DNA of 64,000 nucleotides from Eukaryota sp. GEM-RC1 (taxonomy: Eukaryota): assembly GCA_040285855.1 (NCBI GenBank), contig JAUFOQ010000013.1, positions 1,116,001 to 1,180,000 on the forward strand, read 5' to 3'. Position 1 is the stretch's first letter. The number at the start of each line of letters is the position of its first letter. A program made the position numbers and the translations under genes. Below the pieces are notes generated by a model. It saw only the letters and a list, made by a program, of their open reading frames with translations. It had not been told where the DNA came from and did no database searches. Positions 19,698 to 32,300 of the stretch are shown one piece after another.

Positions 19698-21276
19698 ATT
19701 AATTGTTGTACATAACAAATTATTTTGAAATATAAACATTATTTCTTTTGAGTTAACGTCAACGCTATATTACGTGCGCGCACTCAACTTCGCATTCTCA
19801 GAGGTGTAGACGTGCTCAATAGATGGATTATCTGAATCATTCTGTAATCGTGATTGAGACTGCGGATCTACAATATAATGCATTGTATACAGAAAGAATA
19901 TTGATAGTTCAGATTGTGGGTCACACGACAATAATATAGCTTATTAACAACAGATCTACTATACGACCTAAAGTGACTAAAATACTTAGGGAACCTAAAT
20001 ATTAACTACACGGCAACTTTACTATGTTCTCTAAAAAATTAAATTACTCTACTGGAGTCTAATTGATGAGAAAGTACACGTAGTTATGAATTACTATTAA
20101 TACTACAAGTGTACGATTGAAAAGATAACTGGTAGGTTTCTATTTAGTTTCTTTCAGAAATAAATTTCGTCCTTGAGTTCTTCAGCACTTCCGGTTTTGA
20201 CCAAAATTCGTTTGGTTCTATATTATTTAGTATTTTTGACTAAAAACCAAGTGTTGGAACAATTACATTCCATTTTTGGTCTCAATGCTCACCAGACTCC
20301 TTCAAGAAGTTTGGCTAGACTCAAATTTGCATCAATCAAAAACAGTAATGAATGACAAATATTTCTAACGTAATGAGGTCATCATTGTTTAATATTGAAT
20401 TATCTTATCACGATTGTCTTCAAAACACAGAAGTTTCGTCATTTAATGTGCCTCACAAAAGGTACTGTAGTGCCAATAGTTGTTAGGGGCTGACAACTTT
20501 TCCTAATGGAGTAATGTGTATTTAGTCTACTTTTAACAGGACCAGTTTCTATTTAGTCAATAAACACTATTGTACCACATGTACAGTACTTCCACTTTAG
20601 TTCTACGTATTCTTCTTAAAATTTGAACAATAAGTCAATTGTCGGATGCACACAATTGAAGTGGAACAGCCAAACAATATTTGACATTGTTGTTAAGCAA
20701 CTTTGGTTCAATCTTAATTGCTACAGTTTGGAGCTACGAACACTTTTCTCTACAACAAAAAAAGGTGATATGACTTCGGTCCATACCAGTTTGTCATGTA
20801 ACTTTTGTGATGATATATGATGTGATTTTTGTAATGACAGACATATTCTCTGTGAAGAGATTGATGCGATTTAGGAACTAGAACCACACAACAGTTTTTA
20901 CAACAACTAGTCTGAATACAAAAGCACCTTAATGGAAGGGTAGACTGTAGTATATTTGATCTTAGATTTTGGAAAAATCAAATTGTGTTTGCTATCTTTA
21001 AAGGTATGGTGACTTCTGTATCTAGCAATTTATTATCTCTTGGCAGACATTATGAGGATAATGTAGGTGAGAAATTCAAGATGGGCAATCTGGACTTTGA
21101 GGATATTGATTACTAGAAAAATGTACACTGTAGTGTTGTTGTCAGTAAAACACTATGATTTAAAAAAAATATTTACGAAATACATACTAAAATTTATTAT
21201 TGTATATTATTATATTTACAGTGTGCTATTGTATAAAATCTAAAGTCCGGTCATGGAAAAGTAGGTTAAAAATCAA

Positions 21277-21710
21277 CTACTCTTCAAAATTCAGAAGATC
21301 GGCTACTCCAGGTAATTCAACCTGAGGAGGAGGAGCAAAAGATGATTTCTGAGCTCCTACCAATCTTGAAGCACGCTTGATCCGGGCTTGTGAATTCTTC
21401 AGGGGTGGAAGAGTTTTACGGTCGGTAACAGTTGAAGGTAAAGGAGATAAAGGCAATGCGGAAGCCTTTCCTTTACCAATAGTAACTGACTGACGAGTTG
21501 AAGGGAGGTTACTGGGAAGTGGGGGTAACTTCTTAACAGGAACTGATGGAACTTCTACAAGTCCTAATTTAGATGAACTACTAGGTAATCTAGATTGACT
21601 AGTGTTCTTCGCAAAACTTCCAGATTTGCTACCACTCTTGCCAAGAGATGAAGCTCTATTTCTAGAAAGAGATGGCAATGAAGGTAGAGATGATTGTGAG
21701 CCAGTTCGAT
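21277..21710 (-). pseudogene. Orphan copy of the cytoplasmic-tail coding region of the giant membrane protein
   Basis: SLPSLPSLSRNR…EVPSVPVKKLPP…ELPGVAD matches ~62230-62638. No upstream TM helix or ATG-started frame. Confidence 0.8.
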
Positions 21711-21818
21711 AATGTGATACAAACGAAATACTAAAGATTGATTTTATGATACCTTGTGTATTTTTCCATATATCAGAACATCCGCAAAACAAGATTCAAT
21801 TTATTCACAATATTCTAC

Positions 21819-23075
21819 TCATCTATCCGCGTCTTTTTTTAATTCAGGTGAGCTGAACGCACCCAGTTCTGACAACGCATGTTCAATGAGTTTTGTACAA
21901 GTCTTTTTCCCTACTTTGCCTTCTAAAACACAAATATCTTCCTTAAGAAGTCCATGTTTACTCAAAAATTCTTTCGTACTAGCATAGTTAAGCAAACATC
22001 CAACAAGTCCTTGAACTCCAATTTTTGGCCGTACATTGAGAACCTTCTTAACAGCATCATTCACTAGAGGTTGGAGACTGTCACACTCAGCCTTGGTTAA
22101 CGAACTCTTTGAGCTACGTGACCGCTTACTCCCCGTGTACATTGATGAAAACATTGGAAAACACTCATTGGCTACAAGAAAACGATGTCCATCAAAGAGA
22201 ATAACACCAGCATCTAGCAGTCTGCTGATTTCGATAGTGATACACTGATGATCTCTCTTGGTACAACCACCAAAAACTCCGCCTGGTCGAAGCAATCCCC
22301 AGCCAACAGGACCAGGCCAAACTTGAGGAAATCCTTTTGGTAAGTTGTTGGGTATGGTATTAAAAAGGTGCTGAGGGAAACATCTAGCGGTGGCAGTACT
22401 GCTCATCATAGAGTAGATCAGCTGATGTTCAGTTAAACCTTTTATACTGGCAGTTATCAAGGCACCAACTGAATATCTGACACATTCCTGACGAAATTCA
22501 AGATCCTGATACTGTCGCTGAAGTAGAGTGGATTGAGTAGCAAAGGGAGGATTACTGGGTTTAACATAAGGAGTTTGTCCTGTTGAAGGGGTCAAGAATC
22601 TATGACCTTGACTGAAGGGAGGCGGAAGAAATCTGTCAGATTTGGTCTTTTGTTCCATTTCGCTAGTTGATTCAACACTAAATACAGGTTCAGATTGTTC
22701 CCCGTCTCTGATTGTTCCTTCAGATGCATAGTCAGAAATATCATCTGACTCAGTTAATTCTTGTTCAAGTATTGGAGATGTGCCAAATTCATGGGTTGAT
22801 GTAGAATCAAGGAGCTCATTTTGTCTTCTGTTCAATGTATGGACTGTTTGAGAAAGATCTTTGATAGTCAACTGAAGTTGCTGTAGAACGTGAAGTAAAG
22901 CAGAGTTGATTTGACCATAGTTTATCTCGGAATCCTGTTTGGGAACAATAGTGGTATGCTCAACTTCTGTTACATTGGATGTTAGAGTTTGAGCAGAGGT
23001 CTGTAAGTTCAGATCTCCTTCTCCTGACATTTCCGGAGTAACGTTTGATATTGATTTGGAGGACTTGGAAAACAT
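21819..23075 (-). CDS. Hypothetical protein, 418 aa, with N-terminal coiled coil
   Basis: Long intact ORF with heptad-like LLHVLQQLQLTIKDLSQTVHTLNRRQNELL. No family recognised. Confidence 0.65.
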   Translation of the reverse strand: MFSKSSKSISNVTPEMSGEGDLNLQTSAQTLTSNVTEVEHTTIVPKQDSEINYGQINSALLHVLQQLQLTIKDLSQTVHTLNRRQNELLDSTSTHEFGTSPILEQELTESDDISDYASEGTIRDGEQSEPVFSVESTSEMEQKTKSDRFLPPPFSQGHRFLTPSTGQTPYVKPSNPPFATQSTLLQRQYQDLEFRQECVRYSVGALITASIKGLTEHQLIYSMMSSTATARCFPQHLFNTIPNNLPKGFPQVWPGPVGWGLLRPGGVFGGCTKRDHQCITIEISRLLDAGVILFDGHRFLVANECFPMFSSMYTGSKRSRSSKSSLTKAECDSLQPLVNDAVKKVLNVRPKIGVQGLVGCLLNYASTKEFLSKHGLLKEDICVLEGKVGKKTCTKLIEHALSELGAFSSPELKKDADR

Positions 23076-25144
23076 CTACCGTTTCTACCCTAGTAGTTTC
23101 GCATTTACTGTTTACAAAAGAAATCCTTCATTGGAAAAGAACTGGGAATAGTGATTATCATTGCGTCAAACGATTCGTTTGTTGTGGATTCGCAATGGGT
23201 GCTCTCAAAGCAAATCGGGAATCGATTTTGAGACATTGACGTTCTTCTTATTCTGAGACACACATACTACATGTAGTATACTAGTGGGCTCAAAATCAAG
23301 TGAATTGATATGAATAAAAACTGAGAATCACTTTAACCAATAGTACCAGAATTTATTGAAATTTGGATTCGAAATTCGTAATTTCTCTATTTACATCATG
23401 ACGACCTGTGATTAACATTGGAAATAAATTAGTGATACCGCGCCGGTTCGATTCCACATACATTTAAGTGCCCTAAATAAATACCTCGGAGTTTACAAAG
23501 GAAGCGGACAAACATACATATCAAAAACAATTTTCATTAAACACTAGACATAAAATATTCCAGATCATTATCCTAACACTTCCTGTACAATTTAGTGATA
23601 ATAATTGGCATACAGCCAACCCTATCAGTAGCATAACCCTCTACATAGCGAAAAACCCTTTATAATAATCTCTACTATTAGTGTAGTATGAAGTGATGAA
23701 CTCAAACAATTGGGGTTTTGTATTTAAAGATTGGCAAAAGGAAATTAACACAAAGTGCGTACGGTAACATACTTCGAACTGAGTGTGTGAGTGCGTACTC
23801 TATAACTTAGATCATTTACAACAACTTGTAGCTGATTTAGTTATCGATCAGAACTTTTGGTAATAAAATAATATATCAGAAGAAATAATAAATCTTATTG
23901 CTGTAACTTTATTATTCCGTGCCGAACTAGTATGCATGATGCTGTTAGAGAATAGATCTTATAAGTACTAGTTAGTCTTACAAAAGTGGTGAATCTCCTG
24001 TCGACCTACTTCTTCAATTGTTGGGATTCACCAGTGGTGATTTCAAAAAGACATTCTTAAAGACTGACCCTATTGACACTGCCACTTAGGTATATCTACG
24101 TGTACGTTTATACATTGACAAATGCTGTTTTCCAAATTAAGTTGAGTACATGTTAGATCAGGATAGATTTGATCATATTTTTCTATTTAAGACTTTGCTA
24201 AATGTTAATCACAAATCACATTGTGGACACACATTTTGGACTATATGTAATTTATGTGATCATCATGCTGTGATCGTGATCACAAATCACACTGTGATAT
24301 GTGATTGCCAACTATGCATAAATCTAAAAAGGATTTCATTAATGCATGGACTAATGTAGACACACCCTATGAGATTTCGATGAAAAAGTTTGTGTTCGCA
24401 CAACTTTATTAAAGCTAGATTGATTACTTTTCCGATTTCAATAGTTGATCTGTACCATCTTCACAACCAACTGATTAGACCAATAACTGGTAAATTGGTC
24501 AATTAATTGCAAATTAATTGGTGGGATGTGATGATCGACCAATTTATATTGCAATTAATTGATTGGCAATAACTGAATTGGCAATTCAATTTTGAATACC
24601 CCTGCGAATACTGCTGTGAAGAACAGATCTCATATGAATCAATTTAGGGCAATTAACCATGTGATGAAATGAAGCAGGCTTTGAACCACTACAGATGGAC
24701 TTAGACTGTTGAAGTAAGCCATTAGACCAGAGCCTCAATCACAAACGCATAATAATTACCCATTCTTAGTCCTTCAAATTAAAATTACAGCGTTGAGGAT
24801 AGCGAATGACTAAAGAAAACGCAACAGCACTTGAAACGTCCATTAAAAAAAGCACAAAAAGCGAGACGATTAATTTTAGCTAAACTAGTGCGATTGTTGC
24901 ACTACGCGAATTCCAATAGTTCCGTTGCTGTGTTAGAAATATGAGACATTCTTAGTTTTACGATTGCTACAGACCCTCAATTGACAACATGAATAGCGCC
25001 TTTTTTTACCATTACAAACAAGAATACCATCAATATTAACAGGGGTGATACCAATAGCTCTACATCATTAAAATTCAGAAATCAATTCGAACAGAAGGAA
25101 TCATGTTCAAAATAGTGCCTTACAAAATAACTCACAAAATGTAT

Positions 25145-25216
25145 CTCACTCGGTGGGACTCGAACCCACAACCGATTGGTTCGAAGCCAATCGCGCTGCC
25201 ATTACGCCACGAGTGA
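25145..25216 (-). tRNA. tRNA-Arg(TCG)
   Basis: Cloverleaf: acceptor TCACTCG/CGAGTGA, anticodon arm ATTGG-CTTCGAA-CCAAT, T arm GTGGG-TTCGAGT-CCCAC. A TTTT run follows a few bases downstream. Confidence 0.93.
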
Positions 25217-26310
25217 TATGATCAACAATTAATATGTCTGTTATGAATGGTATTGATGTCTTAATATCTTAAATGGGATAACGTTAAACACCGCAGATCG
25301 TGTCATATTCGTGTCTCAATCCAAAGAAAATGTGTACAATTGAATCATAATTTCTAAACATTGCTTTAAAAAGGGAATGTCTTTTTAAAAGGAGTACATT
25401 CAAAATTCATTACATAGACATTAAATCTGTGTACAGTAACTTTTATCTTATCTCACAAGTGATGTCTGCCAGAAAATTCTAGTGTCGGAAAGACCTCTTT
25501 TAAGGAGGAAGTGGAAAAGATATGGTAGAAGAGAACTGCAAAGGGACAACTTACCACACAACTGTAGTAAATAAATACACAACTTCTTGTTATTAAATTA
25601 AACATGATATTGTCTGATCACACGTAATGTTGTAGTAGTAGTTAGAGCAAACAGTACATGTGGTTCTTAAAAGTACAGTATGTAGTATTATCTCTGGTTG
25701 GTTTCTGACAATTCCATTACATATGTTCTTGTACACTGAAGTGTTTAGCTTCATATCAATGCATACATAATTTAGGCCTACGAAAGCAGAATCTATGTAC
25801 ACAATGAGCCATTATTCAATGGGACTTCTTGGATCGGACTGCTTTCACCAGTTTCTGGGAAATGTATCACCCGTTATGGGCTAAATATAGACTGTGAGTG
25901 ACCTAGAAGGGAAGGATTGCTGTCACACAGTTCAAATGTTAGAACACAAAGTGTTGTGTATGGGATCTTGTACTACAGAACGTGTGTTTTAATTCTTGAA
26001 GCAATCATCTTGGAGACGTTTTCGAGAAGAATATTGAGAAGTCGAGGAGAGAATGCGTCATTAACTCATAAACATAGATTCCCAGTGGAGTTTCGAATAA
26101 CCCTACGACGACCGGAAGTAACGAAGATAAAGACTGACATACAAAATACTCTGTGAAAATATCGAAAGAATTATCATGGATTGGTTGATAAAAATCAGAG
26201 TAAGAGATGCTGTACTTAATAAAGATGTTGAATCTTTATGAAAACATTGTGAAAAGAGACCCTGATCAAGAAAAATTTTCGATGAAAATCGAAGGTCATT
26301 GTTCTTCTAG

Positions 26311-29300
26311 ATGCGTTGCATTCTGTTTTTTGCAGTTCTCACTCTGATTTCCATAGCATATGGATCAGAATCCAATCGATTACATGTTATGGGGTTGACG
26401 GAGTTAAACGGTGTCACTTTAGGATCTACCACACAATGCGGAGTGGGCGATCTTGGACCTGTTGATATCAAAGGCTCCCTTACCTTAACTTGTTACCGAC
26501 TAACCCTTATTGCGGATTCTGTATGGTCAGCGGGCCACATCTATTTGGGGACCAATTCATCTCTTATCATCCCCGATGGTATCACTCTTGATGTAACGAA
26601 GACCTCCAACTGGTATTTTCACAACGGCGGCGGAACTGCTTCCCTACTTCGTGTCGATGGAACGCTAATCCTTTCCGGCAGTTCTATTACTCGTACCCAT
26701 ATCCCTCTTGAAGTCGGACCCTCCGGGCGTATTCTCGTACAACACACCTCTGCTACTTTTGAAATCCATAATGGAGGAAACATCTATGGCCAAATTGATG
26801 TTAACAGCATTTTCCGAGTCTACACTTCTTCTCTCTACTTCTACGGTCATCTCACTGGTCCTGGTGCTGTTGAATGGTACGTCTCTTCCTTCTTCCATGG
26901 TACTTACGACCTCTCCGCCTCCGGTAGTACTATTGTCTCTGGTTCTCAACTTCGTCTTGTAGGTGCTGAATATCACGTGGACTGGATAGATGATTCTTTG
27001 GTTCAACCTTGTGCTACCTTCGTCTCTTTCGGCTCCCTTGTTACTGTACAAAGCTCTGGTACTTTGAATCTTACCAATCATAATGTGACGATTGGTGCCC
27101 TAACAATAACCTCAGGAACTCTTGAAGTCTATGGTGATGTATATGTAAATAATTTGGATGCTCGCCATGGAACAATCAATAATGCTGGACGTTTAACTAC
27201 CGTTGTTCAATCATCCTTGGGTTTAAACGGACATACAATAACTTTTAGATTAAGAGGAATATATGACTTTTCAGCACCAAACACCTTCATTGGTGGTACG
27301 CTTTCGCTTAATGCTGGGACTCATTTAAACTTTTACGGTGCTTCTACTGTTACTACTAGTGTTCCCACGTTTTCAGGGGACGGTGCAATGATTTTCCATT
27401 CTTCAAGTACACTTTTACTTTCTTTACTCACCACTGTCAATTGTTTTATCTATAACTATGGTCATATCACTGCTTCAGTAACTAACTCTATCCTTGGAAG
27501 AGGAGAAATTCATGGTACCGTTACTGTTAATAATGGTCTGGTTCTCCGATGTGGTATCGCAAACAATTGGTTGACTTTTGAACAAGGTTCTATTCTGAAG
27601 CAGTCTGGCTCTGCTACTCTTCACTCAATTGCTGGTGACGTAATGCTACGTGGCGTTGTTGAAATGGACAAAATTGGCTCAAATTTAGGAACTCTTCATT
27701 TGTTTTCTGGAGACTACGTTGTTGATGACTCTGGTTTTTCATTTGTTCCTGCTGTTCAGCTTGATGTTGTGCCTATACTCGAGTGTATGCGGGGTACAAT
27801 TGATATCCACGATCACAATTTAGCGATACATGATTTGACCTTCCCCAATACCAATGGGTGTATTTTCCGTGGTACTGGAGGTACTGTATCAGTTGACAAT
27901 GTGCTTACGTGGCAGGGAGGTACTCTTGGACCTGGAATTAATCTAGTTCTTGAAAATACTTGTACTAGTACTATCACTGCTGCCTCTACTGTGGTACATG
28001 ATTGTTCTATTGTAAATCACGGAACTTTTACTGTTTCAAACACATTTACTGTTAATTCTAACTCTCATTTCTTTTCAATAATACTGGAAGTATGACTTTA
28101 ACTGCTGGATATTGGAATTCTGGTGGCACAAGACCCACTTTTTACTCAACTGGAAGTGTTCAGAAGACTACCACCAACACAATTCATATTAATTGGGAAT
28201 TTTATGTCTTAGGAACAAGCGATCTCTCATTAACCGGGTCGTTTCAGTTCTACCAACCTGTCTATATAGAAAGTCCTACTTTTAATATTGGTGCAAACCT
28301 TGTTCACTTCTTTAACGAAGTAGAAATCCACAGCTCCACCATCAACAATAATGGCTGGTTCTCTTGTGAAAGTTCAAAATGTGAACTGTTTGGAACGACT
28401 TTTTCTTCAAATAATTGGAGAGTTACCTCATCTCGTCATATGTATTGTTATGGATGTACCCTGGACGATGTGAGTGCTACCCAGTTTACTAGTAACACAA
28501 ACTCTCGACTCTATGTTGCTGATGGAACTACCATTAACACACTTGATGGAATCAATAACGGTCCAAATTTCCATGTAATTAAGTATGGGGAAAACAAACC
28601 AGTCAAAGTTACCGCTGTTGTGAATACCGTTCGAACTGCCACATTTACAATTAATGAAGGTACAGTCCTAGAGGTTAACAATGCCTGGACAAATGCTGGT
28701 TTCAACTTTCTAGGTGGTGGTACAGTCGAGCTTCTGGGTTACTATACAATCAATACCGGTCAGTCATCAAATAATTACGCTGTTACTTTCATATTACGTA
28801 ATGGTGGTCGGTATTCTTCGGGTCACATCACTGCTTGTGCTACTTGTGATTTCATCATCGCTGGAGGAACCTTTAACTACGTTTCTGGGCATTCAATGTC
28901 TAATGGTAGAAACTTTATTGTTGAACACGGAGCTACTGTGACAATTTCTACTACTAATACTTGGGTTATGCGTCACAATTTAATTATTCATGGAACTCTT
29001 AATCAAGCTTCTACTGGTTACCAGATTACATTAAATGCTGATAATCCCGAATATCATGTTTCTACTGGTTATTTTCGTATAAGGGACTTCTACCTACACT
29101 CAAATTCTATCTTTGCTACTTCAGGTCATTTCCAAGTTACTAACCTGTTGTATGTCTACCACTCAGCTCATCTCGAATTCATCGACAATACACCAAACAT
29201 CCAAACTTTCAGATTCCTGTCTGCAAATCGTCCTATTGTTGCTATGAACAATTCGAACTGTTGGTTTAACAATATTAATGCGGGAGATGTCGGTATTTTC

Positions 29301-32300
29301 ACTGGTACTGGTGTCCGTATGAATTGTCTAAACTCTTACTGTCAGTATGCTGTTCATGATTCTTTGATCCATGGTGAAATGGAGCTTACTGGAGGTTCTC
29401 TACGTCTCCACAACGGACGTGACCTTGGAGGGTTGGGAACTCTTCGTGTATCCAGCGGAATTACAGTTGTAGGTCATTTTGAGCTTTTTGACGGAATCAG
29501 AATAGTTTTCGCTACAAGTATTACCCTATCTTCGGTAGGATCATTTACTGGTACTGGTGTTATTGTTGCAACCCAGTGGCTTACGTTATCTACTCAGTAT
29601 TCATTCGGGGAGGACGTGCTCCTCTTTGTTCGTGATCTCTCGATCAGTTCCACTACTGATACTCGAACTATCAGTGGTTTCCTGACTATTACCAACAGTT
29701 TTACGTCTAGTGGTTTTCTAACTATTCAAAAACCCCTGATTTTAAAGTCAATTACTGGTACGTTAAATGTCCGAACAATCACAGCACCCTCAGTTAGGCT
29801 ATTATCGTCTACCTTAAACCTTAACGGTGGTCATTTAACGGGAACATTACACTCATTTGACTCTACTCTTATTGTGAATAGCCACTGTACTATTACTCAT
29901 TTGTTTTTAGATCGGACTTCTAGAGTGCATGTTACCCTTAATGTCGCAACTCCTCCCAGAATTTCTACTACTTCTGCTTATGTGGGTGGAATTCTTCATG
30001 TCTTGTCTTTTACTCATTGGCCTTCTTCTGGCACCCTGTACCATATGATTCTTAGTAATAATCTTCGCGGACACATGTACCCTAGTAATCTTGTCAATGA
30101 GAGAAATGGTAATTTTATGTATCTTGAATGTCCTACCGCTGGTTGCCGTATTCGGGCTCATCCATGTCGAAATGCTTGTAGTGGAAATGGTAATTGTAAT
30201 TCTCGGACATGCTCATGTCACTCTGGCTGGACTGGAAATGATTGCTCTATTTTCACTGAATGTAATAACCAAGGTGTCTTGATAGAGGGAAATTGTTGGT
30301 GTAACGGTAACTATTACGGATCATCCTGTACTTTATGGTCAGGAACAATTACACTCTCTACAGTATCAGTGACAGGCTCTTGGTTTAACTCTAATAACTG
30401 GAGTCCTAACTCTGTTCCTAGAAGTCAAGATAACGCTGTCTTTAATGTTGCTGGTGCCACTCTTACTTTAGATCACTATGCTATTGTTAGGACTGTACAA
30501 CTAAATCAAGGTGATTTAATTGTCGATAATGTTCTTGAAATTACTAATTCCCTTTCTGTGACTGGTGGTTCCTTGTCTGGTTCTGGTAGTGTCTATCTAG
30601 GTTCTGGTGCATCTTTTTCAATCACTGGAGGAGATGTTTCTGTTCAAGTGATATCTACCTCATCACTAACCTTTAATGGGGACTTTTCTCTATCAACTGA
30701 TGTTTTCCGTACAGTCAGTCTCTCTTACGTATCTGGAACCATCGCCTTCTCTGGTGTTGAACTGTTGATCTTAGGGTCTTCTTCTGTTTCATCTGCTTCT
30801 ATTGGACGTTCAATTACTGACTCTCAGCCAGGATTGATCTACTTTGGTTCTACTCTTACTATTAATTCTAATGCTGATGTTGTACTGTCTTCTCAAGTAA
30901 TTACTAGCTATGTGCAAGTTTATGGAGATTTAACTATTGAGAAACTTCTCTTTCCTTTATCAAATTTTGTTCTTTCTTCATCACAGCTGACTTTTAAGTC
31001 AACTTCACGATTGTTCGATACAGTAATTAATGGTCCTGGTTCAGTTCATCTTTCTGATTTTGATGGTTTGCTGAGTACCTCTGCTGTTATTTCTTCTAAT
31101 TTGTTCATTAATGAAGGATCCAACTTTAAACTTTCCAAACAGTCTTTTTCAGCCCCACTTATTGTCGACTCTTCTACCGTCACGTTTGTTTCCAGAAATC
31201 AGCTATTCTCCAATGACTTTTCTTCATTCCACTGTTACAGCTGAAAGTCTTTTCATTAACGCGTTTACTTTTAAACATTCAACTTTGGATGCTGTAATTC
31301 TCATGTCTCAGACAGCAACCATTGAGGACTCCACAATTGACACTACATCGTTCTTCAATTCACTTAATGCTCAAAGTAGTGTCTTTGTACAGGACGTCAC
31401 TTCAGCTCAGGCAACTCTGCGTGATGTTGAATTCCAATCCCCTACTAGCTTGCTCCAATCTACTGTCATTGAAGCAGATTCCGTAATTACTGTATCTGAT
31501 GAACTAGCTTTCCATGCTGGTGTTACCATTCATAATGGAGCAAAGTTTGTTTGTTCTGCAAATGGCGTTCTCAAAATTCCTGTTGGAATGACTTTAGATA
31601 TTAGTTCCAAGACGATAGAATTCGATGATTGTTTGATTGATATACAAGGTAAAATTGTTGCTAATGGCGCAGTCATTCAAGGGACTGGTACCATTTCTGG
31701 TGAAGGTGTTTTTGAGAGTTTGACTACTGCCGTGTGGTTCGACACCACTGATTTCTCTGTAGAAGAAGTTACTATCACTCAAGGTTCTAAGCTTTTCGTT
31801 AACAATTCCCTCCTTCTTCAAGATATCTCTATAGAAGGACTATTCTTAGAAGTTCCTGAACATGCAGAGTTGGATTTCTCTCTTTGTACTGGAACTGTAT
31901 CTGAATTGACCGTTCAAGGTCTTGTCAAGGGTGACTTCATTAACACAAATGATCTCTATTATGATGATGCATCATTTTCCTCAATTCATGTTTATGTCGT
32001 AAATCGAGCCATTCCTATAGGTTCAACAAATTTCACTCTCAGTAACTCAGCTCATCTTGATGTACACGAGTTTGTCCATACTGATTTGGATTTGTTTGTT
32101 TTCTGTGGCTCAACTGAAAAGCTGTCTATTCGTCATTTGTTACAACTAGATGGATCTACTTTGACTATGGAATGTCGCATTGAAGCTTCTGATACTATTC
32201 TTGTAGATTCTCACCTAAATATTGAAAGTAACGGACTTTTTAACAAGGATTTAGCCATTGACTCACAATCTTCCTTAGTGATTGCATCCGTTGTTGAATT

